A program made the translations under genes and the position numbers. The notes under the pieces are model-generated. The model did not search any database. It saw only the letters and a program-made list of their open reading frames with translations, and was not told the DNA's origin. 43,027 bases of DNA from NCBI GenBank assembly GCA_041946805.1, contig JBHGBC010000037.1, forward strand, positions 1 to 43,027, read 5' to 3'. Position 1 is the stretch's first letter. The number at the start of each line of letters is the position of its first letter. Shown in pieces: positions 10,443 to 20,400 of this stretch. The stretch is from a bacterium. Its GTDB lineage: Bacteria; Hinthialibacterota; Hinthialibacteria; Hinthialibacterales; Hinthialibacteraceae.

Positions 10443-11243
10443 ATGAAAGGAATCCTGGCTGAAATCGTCGAGAACAAGAAGCAGGAGGTGGAGCGGCGCA
10501 AGCAGGTTCGCCCCCTCGAGGAATTGATCGAGGCGTCGAAAACAATGCCGCCCGCCCGGGACTTCCACGCGGCCTTGCGGCGCGGCGGCGGGCCGATGCG
10601 GTTGCTGGCGGAGATCAAGACCGCGTCTCCCTCCACCGGCACGATCCGCGCGGATATCGACCCCGGCGCCATCGCCGCCTTGTATGAATCCTGCGGCGCG
10701 GCGGCGATTTCGGTCCTGACCGATGCCCGCTACTTCAACGGAAGCGACGCACACCTGGAAGAAGCCCGCGCGGCGGTTTCCGTGCCCGTCCTGCGCAAGG
10801 ATTTCACGATCGACGCGTATCAGCTGTACGAAAGCCGGGTGATCGGAGCGGACGCGGTGCTGCTCATGGCGCAGGTGCTCTCCGGGGAGGTGTTCGCCAT
10901 GCTCTACCGCCAGGCGCGGTCAATGGGGTTGCAAGTGCTGGCTGAAGGGCACACGCCGGAGCAGATCGAGTTTTTGGTTTCGCTGGGGGCGGAGGTGATC
11001 GGCATCAACAACCGCGATTTCGAGACGATGACCGTGGACATCCAAACCACGCTGAAAAACCGCGCCCTCATTCCTCCGGACCGGGTGCTGGTCAGCCAGA
11101 GCGGCGTATCGAGGCGGGAAGACGTGATCCGGTTAGAGGAGGCGGAGGTGGACGCCATCCAGGTGGGCACCTCGCTGATGCGAAACCAGAATATCCGGAA
11201 GCAACTGGCTGAATTGATGGGCCGCCCGCCGGATGCCGTTTGA
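10443..11243 (+). CDS. trpC: Indole-3-glycerol phosphate synthase
   Basis: AEIKTASPS, AISVLTD, PVLRKDF, GADAVLL, IGINNRD; ATG at 10443 follows the upstream stop by 1 nt. Confidence 0.95.
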   Translation: MKGILAEIVENKKQEVERRKQVRPLEELIEASKTMPPARDFHAALRRGGGPMRLLAEIKTASPSTGTIRADIDPGAIAALYESCGAAAISVLTDARYFNGSDAHLEEARAAVSVPVLRKDFTIDAYQLYESRVIGADAVLLMAQVLSGEVFAMLYRQARSMGLQVLAEGHTPEQIEFLVSLGAEVIGINNRDFETMTVDIQTTLKNRALIPPDRVLVSQSGVSRREDVIRLEEAEVDAIQVGTSLMRNQNIRKQLAELMGRPPDAV

Positions 11244-11245
11244 TC

Positions 11246-11905
11246 TCAGGGCGAGGAGAGGGCCAGCACAAAGGGGCCGGCTTGCTCCTTGACGAAATTG
11301 TAGGCGTCTTCCATATAGCGCTGGGCGTCGTTGAAATTCACCAGGGGATCGAAAAACTGGGCGCTGTTTTCGAGGAAAAACATCTTCAGGTCGCGGAAAT
11401 ACGGCTCGATCCGCAAGTGATAGGTGGAATGCAGCTCCTGGGTGGGGGGAAACACCAAGCGGATGCCGGTGCCGGACAAGGGGCGGTTGAAGTATCCCAG
11501 ATGAACGGACGCCTCGGTGATCAAACGGCTTTCGAGATACTGCGCGGTCGTCCCTTCGCCCTGATAGGGCATCAGCAACCGGACCAGGATCTTCGTGTGC
11601 AGGATCACCGGGATCTGATACACCTGCCGCAGGTTCCGCAGAATCAGATTGACGTCCTCCGTGAAGGTGGTGAACATCTGCCGCGTGAATTCGTCCCGGT
11701 ACACGAAGCGGTCTGTGGTGATGGTCAACTGCCGGTTGGCCCCCTCCGCCAGCCGCGCGCCCTGCCCTTCACCGAGCAGGCGGAATTCCGAAAACCGGCA
11801 GGGCTCGGCCACCTTGATATACAGGTCCCGCAGCGAATTGGCGGCCAGCGCCATGGGGGGGTACAAGGCTTCAAAGCCAAATGTCAAAGGAACGTAATCG
11901 GGCAT
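11246..11905 (-). CDS. Hypothetical cytoplasmic protein (alpha/beta, possibly TIGR04255-like)
   Basis: 219-aa ORF with GGAG RBS and protein-like composition; family assignment is tentative. Confidence 0.65.
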   Translation of the reverse strand: MPDYVPLTFGFEALYPPMALAANSLRDLYIKVAEPCRFSEFRLLGEGQGARLAEGANRQLTITTDRFVYRDEFTRQMFTTFTEDVNLILRNLRQVYQIPVILHTKILVRLLMPYQGEGTTAQYLESRLITEASVHLGYFNRPLSGTGIRLVFPPTQELHSTYHLRIEPYFRDLKMFFLENSAQFFDPLVNFNDAQRYMEDAYNFVKEQAGPFVLALSSP

Positions 11906-12023
11906 GGTGTTTATACTCCGGGGACAATATTCGCCCGCGAATCGTCTATCGTATTATTAACTCGATAGCAGAACGTACTCTGTACTTTATCCGTGGTATG
12001 AGTATGGCTGAGCGCTAAACCAT

Positions 12024-12258
12024 CCCCTCTCCCTCGAGGGAGGGTTTGGGTGAGGGAAGCCCTGAAAGGGCAAAATTCATCCTTTCTCAGCCATCAAATT
12101 TGATTCCCAGGGTTAAAACCATGAGCTATTTTAAAGCCGTTCCCTACCCTAACAGGGACTCATTTTACCTCTGAGCTCATGCCGTCGGGCTACACGGCGT
12201 TGCGCCCGCCCTGCATCCATTTCCCCTCACCCTGTCCCTCTCCCAGAGGGAGAGGGGA
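12024..12258. repeat. Composite REP-like mosaic element (forward unit, internal palindromes, inverted unit)
   Basis: 12024-12088 matches 7764-7826; 12223-12258 is the inverted unit; interior carries a copy of the 1-23 palindrome and an 18-mer shared with 41718-41735. Confidence 0.8.
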
Positions 12259-12321
12259 TAGAGGTGGCCCAGATTTCCAGCCCGTGAATTGGTCTATCGT
12301 GGCCTGATCGGACGCGTTCTA

Positions 12322-13155
12322 TCACGCTTTCACCCCGGCGGGGAGGGCGATCTGGTGCAACACCTCGTTCAGGCTGCCGGTGCGGTAGCCGAGCAGATCC
12401 ATGGCCACGTACTGGTAGCCGATTTCCCGCAGGCGGCGGGTGATCTCCTCACGGTTCTCCAGCAGTTTGACCATTTCCTCCGGCATCACTTCGATCCGCG
12501 CGAGGTTGGCGTGATGCCGCACCCGGAATTGGACGAAACGGAAATCGCGCAACACCTGCTCCGCCTTGTCCACCATCTCCAGCTTCTCCCGGGTGATTTC
12601 TTCTCCATACGGGAACCGGGACGACAGGCAGGCGAAGGAGGGCTTGTTCCAAGTGGGGATGCCCAGGCGTTCGGACAGCCGCCGGATGTCCTCCTTGGTC
12701 AGTCCGGCCTCGGCCAGGGGGGCCAGCGCGCCCTCTTCCCTGGCCGCCTGCTGGCCGGGACGGTAATCGCCCAGGTCGTCGTAGTTCGTGCCGATGACGA
12801 CGGCGTTGAATCCCCGTTCGCGGGCGATCCGCTTCAGGTGAATCACCAGTTCCTGCTTGCAAAAGAAACAACGGTTGGGGGCGTTCTTGCGGTACTCGGG
12901 ATTGTCGAGTTCGGTGGTGATGATCGTCGTGTAGTTCAATCCCAGATCCCGGGCGAACCGTTCGGCTTCCTCGCGTTCGTGCCGGGGGTAGCTCTCGCTG
13001 ATGGCGGCGACGGACAACGCCTTGCCGCCCAGAATATCGGTGGCGGCCTTGGCGAGAAACGTGCTGTCCACACCGCCGGAATAGCCGATCACCACACTGC
13101 CGGCTTTTTGCAATATCGCCCGCAGGCGTTCAAATTTTTGCTCAAGCGTCATCAT
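12322..13155 (-). CDS. larE: LarE-family ATP-dependent sulfur transferase (TIGR00268, PP-loop)
   Basis: SGGVDS PP-loop, NRCFFCK, DYRPG, KPSFACLSSR, FRVRHH; ATG at 13155 with GAGG upstream. Confidence 0.88.
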   Translation of the reverse strand: MMTLEQKFERLRAILQKAGSVVIGYSGGVDSTFLAKAATDILGGKALSVAAISESYPRHEREEAERFARDLGLNYTTIITTELDNPEYRKNAPNRCFFCKQELVIHLKRIARERGFNAVVIGTNYDDLGDYRPGQQAAREEGALAPLAEAGLTKEDIRRLSERLGIPTWNKPSFACLSSRFPYGEEITREKLEMVDKAEQVLRDFRFVQFRVRHHANLARIEVMPEEMVKLLENREEITRRLREIGYQYVAMDLLGYRTGSLNEVLHQIALPAGVKA

Positions 13156-13321
13156 GAAAAAACCGCCTCGAAATAGATTGTGGATCTTGCACTCAATACC
13201 AACGGCCAATCCTCTTGAACAAGCCGGATGTTCAAAGATTCTGACGGTACCTGCATGTTGTTTCCATCAATCGCGCGATTGAAACCTGATTCCCGTTGAA
13301 ATCCACCATCCACCCAATATT

Positions 13322-13355
13322 CCCTCTCCCTCGGGAAGAGGGCTAGGGCGAGGGA
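13322..13355. repeat. Single REP-like unit
   Basis: CCCTCTCCCTCGGGAAGAGGGCTAGGGCGAGGGA matches the 7764/14857 family. Confidence 0.7.
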
Positions 13356-13586
13356 ATTCTGCATGGGCGAACCCTCTTTCCGTCCGGATCACGGAAATGA
13401 ACCGGTGGCCGTTTTCACCGTCCACGACGCTCTCACTGGAGGAAACGTCTATGAATCCACTTCCCCTAGTCTAGAATCCGCCCTCAAGCAATCAAGGCGC
13501 CAGCCTTCCGTCCGGTGGGCGATGTTCCATGTCGAAGTGGATGCGCGAACCGGTTCTCTCCGGAACGGCAGAACCCGGCAAGCACT

Positions 13587-14555
13587 TCAGGCCGAGAGCC
13601 GGAAGATAGGTTTCACTCCCTTGGCCATATCTTTCACATCCTCCATTTCTTCGGACGAGAGCGGCTTAAAGTTCCCGGCGATGTCCAAAGCCAGGTCGAA
13701 TAGGGCTTCTTCTCCCGGCGGGAGGGCGGCGGTGATGTCCAACGACAACGTGAACCGCAAGGCCTTGGAGGCCAGTTGGGGATGCGAAGTGGGCTTATAC
13801 CAGCACTTGGCATAAGGTTCATGGCTGACATTTTCCGGCCAGGGGGAATAGGCCATGGCCTTGAGGGCCAGGCGCGCGACGTTTTTCTCCTTCGCCTTGG
13901 CCAGCACCTGCGGGCCGAACTGGGCCTCGTGCCAGCACACGAAGTTAAAGGGAAACAGGATGGAATCGAAACCGAACCGTTCCATCGCCGCCAGGGCCAC
14001 CTCGGCGGAATGAGCGGAAAAACCGATATGCCGGATCTTCCCCGCCTCGCGGGCCTTGACGAAGGTTTCGAGCGCGCCGTCCGGCCCTGTGGCTTTTTCG
14101 AGATCATCCATGGTGGTCAGTCCATGCAGCTGATACAGGTCGAAATGATCCGTTCGCAGTTTTTTCAGGGAATCGTTCAGTTCCTCCTCCGCCCCGGCTT
14201 TTTCCCGCCGGCCGGTTTTGCAGGCCAGGAACACGCGGTCGCGGAACGGCTGCAGGGCGGGACCCAATTTGTCCTGGGCATCCCCGTACGAGGGGGCCAC
14301 GTCGAAGTAATTCACGCCCCGGTCCACCGCCCGCGCCACCACCCGGGCGGCGTGGGCCGGTTCGGCGTTCATCACCACGATCCCGCCGAAGCCGATGATG
14401 GACAATTGATCCGAGCTTCCATAATCCCGCCGGGTCAAGGTTTTTTTCTCCTTTTCCGGAGATTTGGTTTCCTGCACCAGGCTCAGCGCCGCCGGTGAAG
14501 ACAGCGCCAGTCCGGTCAAGGCCGTTTTTTTCATGAATTCACGCCGTTCCATCAT
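13587..14555 (-). CDS. Aldo/keto reductase with twin-arginine (Tat) signal
   Basis: ERREFMK Tat motif; FDVAPSYG, ACKT and DLYQLHG catalytic residues. Confidence 0.9.
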   Translation of the reverse strand: MMERREFMKKTALTGLALSSPAALSLVQETKSPEKEKKTLTRRDYGSSDQLSIIGFGGIVVMNAEPAHAARVVARAVDRGVNYFDVAPSYGDAQDKLGPALQPFRDRVFLACKTGRREKAGAEEELNDSLKKLRTDHFDLYQLHGLTTMDDLEKATGPDGALETFVKAREAGKIRHIGFSAHSAEVALAAMERFGFDSILFPFNFVCWHEAQFGPQVLAKAKEKNVARLALKAMAYSPWPENVSHEPYAKCWYKPTSHPQLASKALRFTLSLDITAALPPGEEALFDLALDIAGNFKPLSSEEMEDVKDMAKGVKPIFRLSA

Positions 14556-14856
14556 GACTCATTTTCCTTTCCCCTGAGGGATGGCCATTCTCCGGAAGAA
14601 GAACGGCATCCCTTTCCGCCTCGTTTCACGGGACCGCCGGGCCGCCGCCGCTTGCCGGATCCCGATACCCGGCATTATGATGCCATTTGGTGTTTCCCGC
14701 AATTAAAAGAGCCTGGCTCAATCCGAACAAGGTTCTTTTGAGTTTTCAGCATGAATGATTCACGGAAACGCGGAACAATCCTTTCAGCGCCAGCGGCGCG
14801 GCAAGAGCATAATCGCGGGCGCAAGTTTCGTGGCGAAGATGATTCCAACGATTGAT

Positions 14857-14905
14857 CCCCTCTCCCTCTGGGAGAGGGGCAGGGTGAGGGAAGCCCGGAA
14901 AGGGC
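14857..14905. repeat. REP-like unit with GCCC-GAAAGGGC tail
   Basis: CCCCTCTCCCTCTGGGAGAGGGGCAGGGTGAGGGAAGCCCGGAAAGGGC; explains the spurious N-terminal extension of ORF 14755. Confidence 0.8.
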
Positions 14906-14997
14906 GACATGACGGCTCTCCGCGCAATTGGACAATCGGTTCCATCTTGGTATTTTTGACTATGTTAAAAAAATCAATAGATTCTAGTACGGAGATC

Positions 14998-16107
14998 ATG
15001 GTTTCCGGTTTCCCAAAAATTCCGCAATCCCTTTTTCTTCCCTCCGGGAAAACCCTCGCCATGTTTCTGGCGCTCCGGATTCCGCTCACCGTGCTTTTGA
15101 CCATGGCCCTGTATCAGCTGGGTCAATACGACCTCATCCTACCCTATTCGGGCGACGGTCATTACACCGAAGAACTGGCTGAAAAGAACTGGGTGGTCTT
15201 GATGCACTCGTCTCTCACCACCCTGGTCCACAAGAGCGTCTACACACTCCTGAAGCCATGGGGATGGAAGGCCTGGTACGCGGTCATGGTCAGCAGTTCC
15301 CTGGCGGGGGCCCTGGCCTTGCAGGTGTTGTACGCCATCCGGCGGCATCCCGCGTTTCTGGCCCTCAACATCCTCTCGGGATCGTTTCTGGTGTTCGTGG
15401 GCGAGGTGGAAAATTACGCCTGGGTGAACCTGTTTCTGCTCTGGACCTTCCTGGCCGTGGAACGGTATCTGGACCGGCGGTGGCCGTTGTGGCCGGCGTG
15501 TTGGTTTTTTTTCACCGCCGCCCTGTTCCACATGCTGGCGCTTTTTTACCTGCCGGCCCTTTTCTGGGTGATGTATCAACGAGACGATTTCCAGCCAGGG
15601 GAATTCGCCGCGCCGTTTCTGCTTTTCATCCTGCTGTCGGCCGGGATTCTGCTGACCTTCCCCCGGGAAGGGCCCGATCTGGACCTGGGACGGTTGGTGC
15701 CGTTGTTTCAGATCAACCGCAAGGGCCAGTTGTTCACCTTTTTCTCGTCCACCCACCTGGAGTTGTTGCTCTATTTTCACCGTCAGGCCAGCTTTCTGCG
15801 CATGATTCCGGTGTCGTGGTTCGTGTTGATTGTGTGTTTCCGGCGGATCAGGACTCCCTTCCACAAGTATCTGCTGATCTGCTCGCTCACCGGCCTGGGG
15901 TGGACCACGGTGTGGCATCCCGACCTCGGCCGCCTGGACTGGGATCTGTTCAGTCAAATGTATATTCCACTCAACGTGCTCGCCGGTTGGTTGTTGAGCG
16001 AGACCGGGAAGACGCCCGGGGATTTCCACGCCGGGGGAAAACGCGGGAGTAAAACGGCCGTCCATCCGCCCGAATCACTGGACAGAGGAACAGGACTTTT
16101 GCGATAA
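14998..16107 (+). CDS. Polytopic integral membrane protein, possibly a GT-C-type glycosyltransferase
   Basis: About 9-10 hydrophobic segments with acidic loops (YSGDG, GEVENY, HPDLGRLDWD); start uncertain (14998 or 15061). Confidence 0.65.
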   Translation: MVSGFPKIPQSLFLPSGKTLAMFLALRIPLTVLLTMALYQLGQYDLILPYSGDGHYTEELAEKNWVVLMHSSLTTLVHKSVYTLLKPWGWKAWYAVMVSSSLAGALALQVLYAIRRHPAFLALNILSGSFLVFVGEVENYAWVNLFLLWTFLAVERYLDRRWPLWPACWFFFTAALFHMLALFYLPALFWVMYQRDDFQPGEFAAPFLLFILLSAGILLTFPREGPDLDLGRLVPLFQINRKGQLFTFFSSTHLELLLYFHRQASFLRMIPVSWFVLIVCFRRIRTPFHKYLLICSLTGLGWTTVWHPDLGRLDWDLFSQMYIPLNVLAGWLLSETGKTPGDFHAGGKRGSKTAVHPPESLDRGTGLLR

Positions 16108-16263
16108 TGCCCCCGGATACCACCGGATTCACTCTCCATGGAAAACGCCCGCGTCATCCAATCCGTGTTTATGTGAAAAGCTGGGAAAGGGACTTTATCG
16201 TTGAATGGCAATCGCAAAAACGGCAGGGCACTTTTGCGCAACCGATCGAGGAAAGGGACGACC

Positions 16264-16647
16264 ATGAAGCCGGAGGGATTGCTCATCCAAGAACGCCGCG
16301 ACCAGGAATACTGCCTCATCAAGGTCATCGGCGACCTCATCATCACCAATGCCAAGGGATTGCAGCGTCACATCGATAAAGCCATCGAGGAAGGCGTGCG
16401 GGAGATCACGCTGGATCTCTCCCGCATCGATTACATAGACAGTTTCGGCATCGGAGTGGTCGTCAAAACCAAGTACATGGTGGACGAAAAAAAAGGCCGT
16501 CTCAAAGTGGTCGCCAATCCCACCCTGCAGAATCTTTTCCGGAAATGCCACTTGGATGATTATTTCGACGTGCGGGTGAAAGACAAATCCGGCCGGGAGG
16601 ATGACGAAGATCTGGAAAGCGAAGCGATGGAAACCGGGGACGAGTGA
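16264..16647 (+). CDS. STAS-domain anti-sigma-factor antagonist (SpoIIAA/RsbV-like)
   Basis: LDLSRIDYIDSFGIG with the phosphorylatable Ser; GAAAGGGA RBS. Confidence 0.88.
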   Translation: MKPEGLLIQERRDQEYCLIKVIGDLIITNAKGLQRHIDKAIEEGVREITLDLSRIDYIDSFGIGVVVKTKYMVDEKKGRLKVVANPTLQNLFRKCHLDDYFDVRVKDKSGREDDEDLESEAMETGDE

Positions 16648-16770
16648 ACCGCCGGAAGGCCCGCCAGGATCATGGCGGCGAGAACGACACCCATAAAACC
16701 GGGGAATGCCGTACCGGCAATCGAGTTCCCGGATCCCGGTCAACCCCGGATTATCTTTGATTATCTTTGA

Positions 16771-17169
16771 TTATCTTTTCTTCTTGACTTTCCCATGCTC
16801 TTTTTCTTCCAGCCAAATCCGCAATTGACCCTGTTTTTGGTTCAGCGAGATGGAGACTTCGTGCCAGAGGGAGCGGAAGGAAGAAATGCGAATGGGCACT
16901 TCGCGCTGTAGAATGCGGAGGGAAGGGCATTCCATCAGCAATTTTTTGATGTCTTTCCAAAGATCAAAGCGTTTTTCGGGAATGGCAATGGCCAGAAACT
17001 GAGCGCGGCGGGTGATTTCCACCTGAAGATTGCGAAATTCGTCCTCCTCTTCCGAGGTGGGCAATTCGGTTTCCAATCCCCGGTTGAACAATACCATGAA
17101 TTTCTGCCATAGCTTGCCGAATTCCTGCAAGCGCTGGATCATGACTTCCGGTGGAACATCAATAACCAT
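16771..17169 (-). CDS. Hypothetical helical protein, paralog of 21018-21428
   Basis: Shared W..F..LF, T.EEEDEF..L, RR.Q.L and WH.....LN...G.L pattern. Confidence 0.75.
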   Translation of the reverse strand: MVIDVPPEVMIQRLQEFGKLWQKFMVLFNRGLETELPTSEEEDEFRNLQVEITRRAQFLAIAIPEKRFDLWKDIKKLLMECPSLRILQREVPIRISSFRSLWHEVSISLNQKQGQLRIWLEEKEHGKVKKKR

Positions 17170-17296
17170 GAGGAATTAGCTTTCTGCTGATTATAGATCC
17201 GAAACCGCCGGGACGGCCCGCACGGTACGTCCACTCATCCATCCAATCGTTTCCGCCCCTCCCAGGGCCTGGTCAGGGACGGGTTCCGGGGAACGG

Positions 17297-17401
17297 TCAT
17301 TCTTTTTTGAACCAGCCGAGTGTGAAAGCGATAAAAACGGCAAACGCAATGATCCCCACACCACACCCGATTTGCACGGTATCAATGAATTGTAACCCCA
17401 T
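17297..17401 (-). CDS. Small single-pass membrane protein, 34 aa (MGLQFIDTVQIGCGVGIIAFAVFIAFTLGWFKKE)
   Basis: Translated by hand: ATG 17401, TGA 17297-17299; GAGG 4 nt upstream; ~20-residue hydrophobic stretch followed by KK; co-oriented with neighbours. Confidence 0.6.
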   Translation of the reverse strand: MGLQFIDTVQIGCGVGIIAFAVFIAFTLGWFKKE

Positions 17402-17491
17402 AAGACCTCTGCCCTGTCTTCACCCGGCTGCCCACGCAACCCGACGCTTAGCCTGTAAGAGTATCCTTGAACGAAGATGACTTGAGAAGTC

Positions 17492-20400
17492 CTATTGGTA
17501 TCCCCAACCATAATAAAAATTCGATATGGATTCTTCGAGCTGCCCGATCTTCCAAAACGCTTTTTCCCAGGTGGTCATCTTCCGGGCCTGCGTGATTTCG
17601 GCCATCAGGGTTTGATTGATCCGCAACGCCTGCTGCAAATAGTCGTACGATTTGGAAAGGGCCTTTTCCCGGAAATAGATATCGTAGGCGTCGCTTTGGC
17701 CGTAGACCTCGAATCCTTCGGCGGCCTTCCGGAACGCGACGAAGGATTGGACGGCCTTGTTATGGATGTTTTTCATCGTATCGGGCGGCGTCAGGCCCTT
17801 CACCGCCTCTTCCAGAAGTTCCGCGTTGACCCGGAATGTCGAGACCGTCATGGTGCCTTGCAGGGACTTGTACATGTCATGGACGGTCTTGTCCAATTGA
17901 TGTTCGGTCAAGCGGGCGGACAGGATCAGGTTCTTGGACATCGAACCCAGGAACCCGAATTCCTGAAACACATTGTTCATCTGGTTCAGGTTGTTCTGGA
18001 GATTGGTGAGATATTGGTCCTCGGCGGCGGCTTTCTGCGTGGCGAGCAGCAGTTTGGGCGCCTCCTTCTCCAGGATTTTCATGTATTTGGCGATTTCCTC
18101 GTGATTCTCGCCCCGCACCGCGTTGCGCAGCAGTTGCAGGTTCGAGGATTGTTCGCGGTACCAATCCTTGTAATATTTGTTTACCCCGGCCTCGTCCGCC
18201 TGCCGGAGGATATTGGCGATTTCCTCGATCTGCACGTTGGCTTCCGACACGATGGTCTTGGGCAGGTTTTCCACTTCCTGGGAAGCGTTCTGGAATTGCT
18301 GGTAGGCCTCCGCGTAGGTCACCTCCCGTTCCGCGCTGGAGAGGGACTTGATGGTTTTCTGGAACTGCGCGTCTTTCTCGGGAAGAATCGCCAGCACGCT
18401 GGATTTTTTATATTCCGCAAGGGAGTTGCGCAGTTGCCGGGCCATGACCGACCGGTTCTGGTCCTTCAACTTACTCATCGTTTTTTCCGCGGTGTCCAGG
18501 CATTTCTCCGCCGCCGCGTAGGCGCCGCGCCAATCCTCCAGAGCGATTTTCTGCTCCAGTTCGGGGACGGGCTTCAACATGTCGACCTTCAACTCCCGTC
18601 CCTTGGGTTCCAGGGCGTTTTCCCCGAGCCAATCGGCGGTCTGTTTGAGTTCCGCCAAGGTTTGATTCAAATGATCCCGCATGCTGGACCAGATCTTCTC
18701 CTTGGTTTCCCGGGCTTTGTCCGCGTGGTCGAAGGAGGCTTTGTAGTCCTGGTCGATTTGTTTCACCCGGGCTTCGGCCAAGTTGACCAAGACGTCATGG
18801 TACAGATCGGGGGTTTTTTCGGGAGCCAGTTGGTATTCGAGTTCTTCCTTGGTTCCCTGGAGTTCCTGGATCAGTTTGGCGCTGCGCACTTGCCACGTGT
18901 ACGTTTCCGCTTGCTGGGCGAGATCGGCCGACTGGAGGGCGAGTTCGTTGGCGGTGGAATAATTGCGGGCTTTCTGCGCCTCTTCCGCTTGGGTCAGGAG
19001 AGCCAGGGCTTTTTGCAGATTCTCGGGCATGTAATCCATGGCTTGCGCCGCGAGGGCGGAATCGGTATGGGCGCGTGCGTTCAAAACCAAGTTGTTGAGC
19101 GCCTGGTCGGATTTCTGCAAGGTCTCGACTGAATTATCGAAGCCCTCCTTAAATTGCTTTTGTTCGATGAGCTGCAAGGTTTCCTCGCGCGCCTGCACCG
19201 CCTGGCGGTAGGCCAAGGGGCTGAGGCGGTCCTGCTCGGCCCGTTTGGCCTGGGCCAGGAATTCGTCGGCGCGGCGGAGATTTTGCTCGCTTTGCAGCTG
19301 GTAAGCGCGGGCCTGGGCGTCCTGCGCGGCTTTGACCGCGGCCTCGGAATTGCGGACGCTGTTCAGGTAGCGTTCCGTCTGCAAGTCTTTTTCGGCGGCG
19401 GATTTGAGATTCACGGCATTGGCGAATTGCATGCCCACCCATTCGGGCGCATTGGCCTGACGGGCCTCATCCAGAGCCTTTTCGGCTTTTTGGATGAATT
19501 CCGTGGCCGATTGCGCCAGGGACTGCAGGGCGGTTTGCACGATTTTCGCCGCCGCGGGAGATCCTTCGACCACCGCTTCATACTCGCCGTTTTTCATCTT
19601 GTTGCGCAGGTCCTGAATGGCGGCCTGGGCCTGGTTATACGCTTCCGGCGCGTAGCGGGAGCCGCCCTGGCTGTAGAGGGTGGAGAAGGGCTTTTCAGCC
19701 GTGTCCAGGCTCAGCTGGGCCTTGCCCCGCCGCCCCGCGTCCTGGGCCTGGGTGCTGGCTTCGAGAGCTTTTTGGGAAGCCTGGAAGGCCATGACGAAGT
19801 TTTCGGCTTTGACCAGTTCTTCCGCTCCCGCGATGGCTTCCCGCACTTGGGAAACGACCGCCGGCGCGTATTTTTCGGCTTCCTGGTCAATGGCGGCCTG
19901 CAGGTTGGTTTTGGCGGTCTCGATCATCTGCTGGGCTTGCTGGCCGACCGCCTGGTAGGCTTGCTGCAAGGCGGCCTTGGCGCCATCCGCCGCGGTGATC
20001 GCCCCGGCGTAGTCCTGCCCCTGCAGGGCGGTCTGACCGGTCTGCAAGGTGGTTTCCGCCTGTTGAATGGCGGTGGAATAGGCCGGGACGTTCTGCAGGT
20101 TGAGCGCCTTGGCTTGGGCGATGCGTTGGGCGGTTTCCTTCAAGATATCGCCCGCCGCCTTTTCCTGGGCGGCCTGGATGATCTGATTGAGGGGGTCTTT
20201 CATCTGCCCGGCGAGATCGATGACCTCCTGCCATTTGCTTTCCTTTTCCGCGGCCTCCAATTGGCCGTATTGCTGCAGCACCTGGTTGTACCGTTCGGGA
20301 AGGTGGACATCGGCTTTCATTTCCTGGGCGCGGGCGATGAGAGCGTCCACTTCCTGCTTGGCTTGGGCGGCCTGGGGTTTGAGATAGGCCAGGGCCAGGG

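Noticed and set aside
14755..14997. N-terminal extension of the 450-aa ORF, and small ORFs at 7790-8216, 13152-13364 and 41543-41737
   Set aside because: They translate REP-like repeats (PLSLWERGRVR / PSPRPSPRGR-type peptides) and are unlikely to be real coding sequence.
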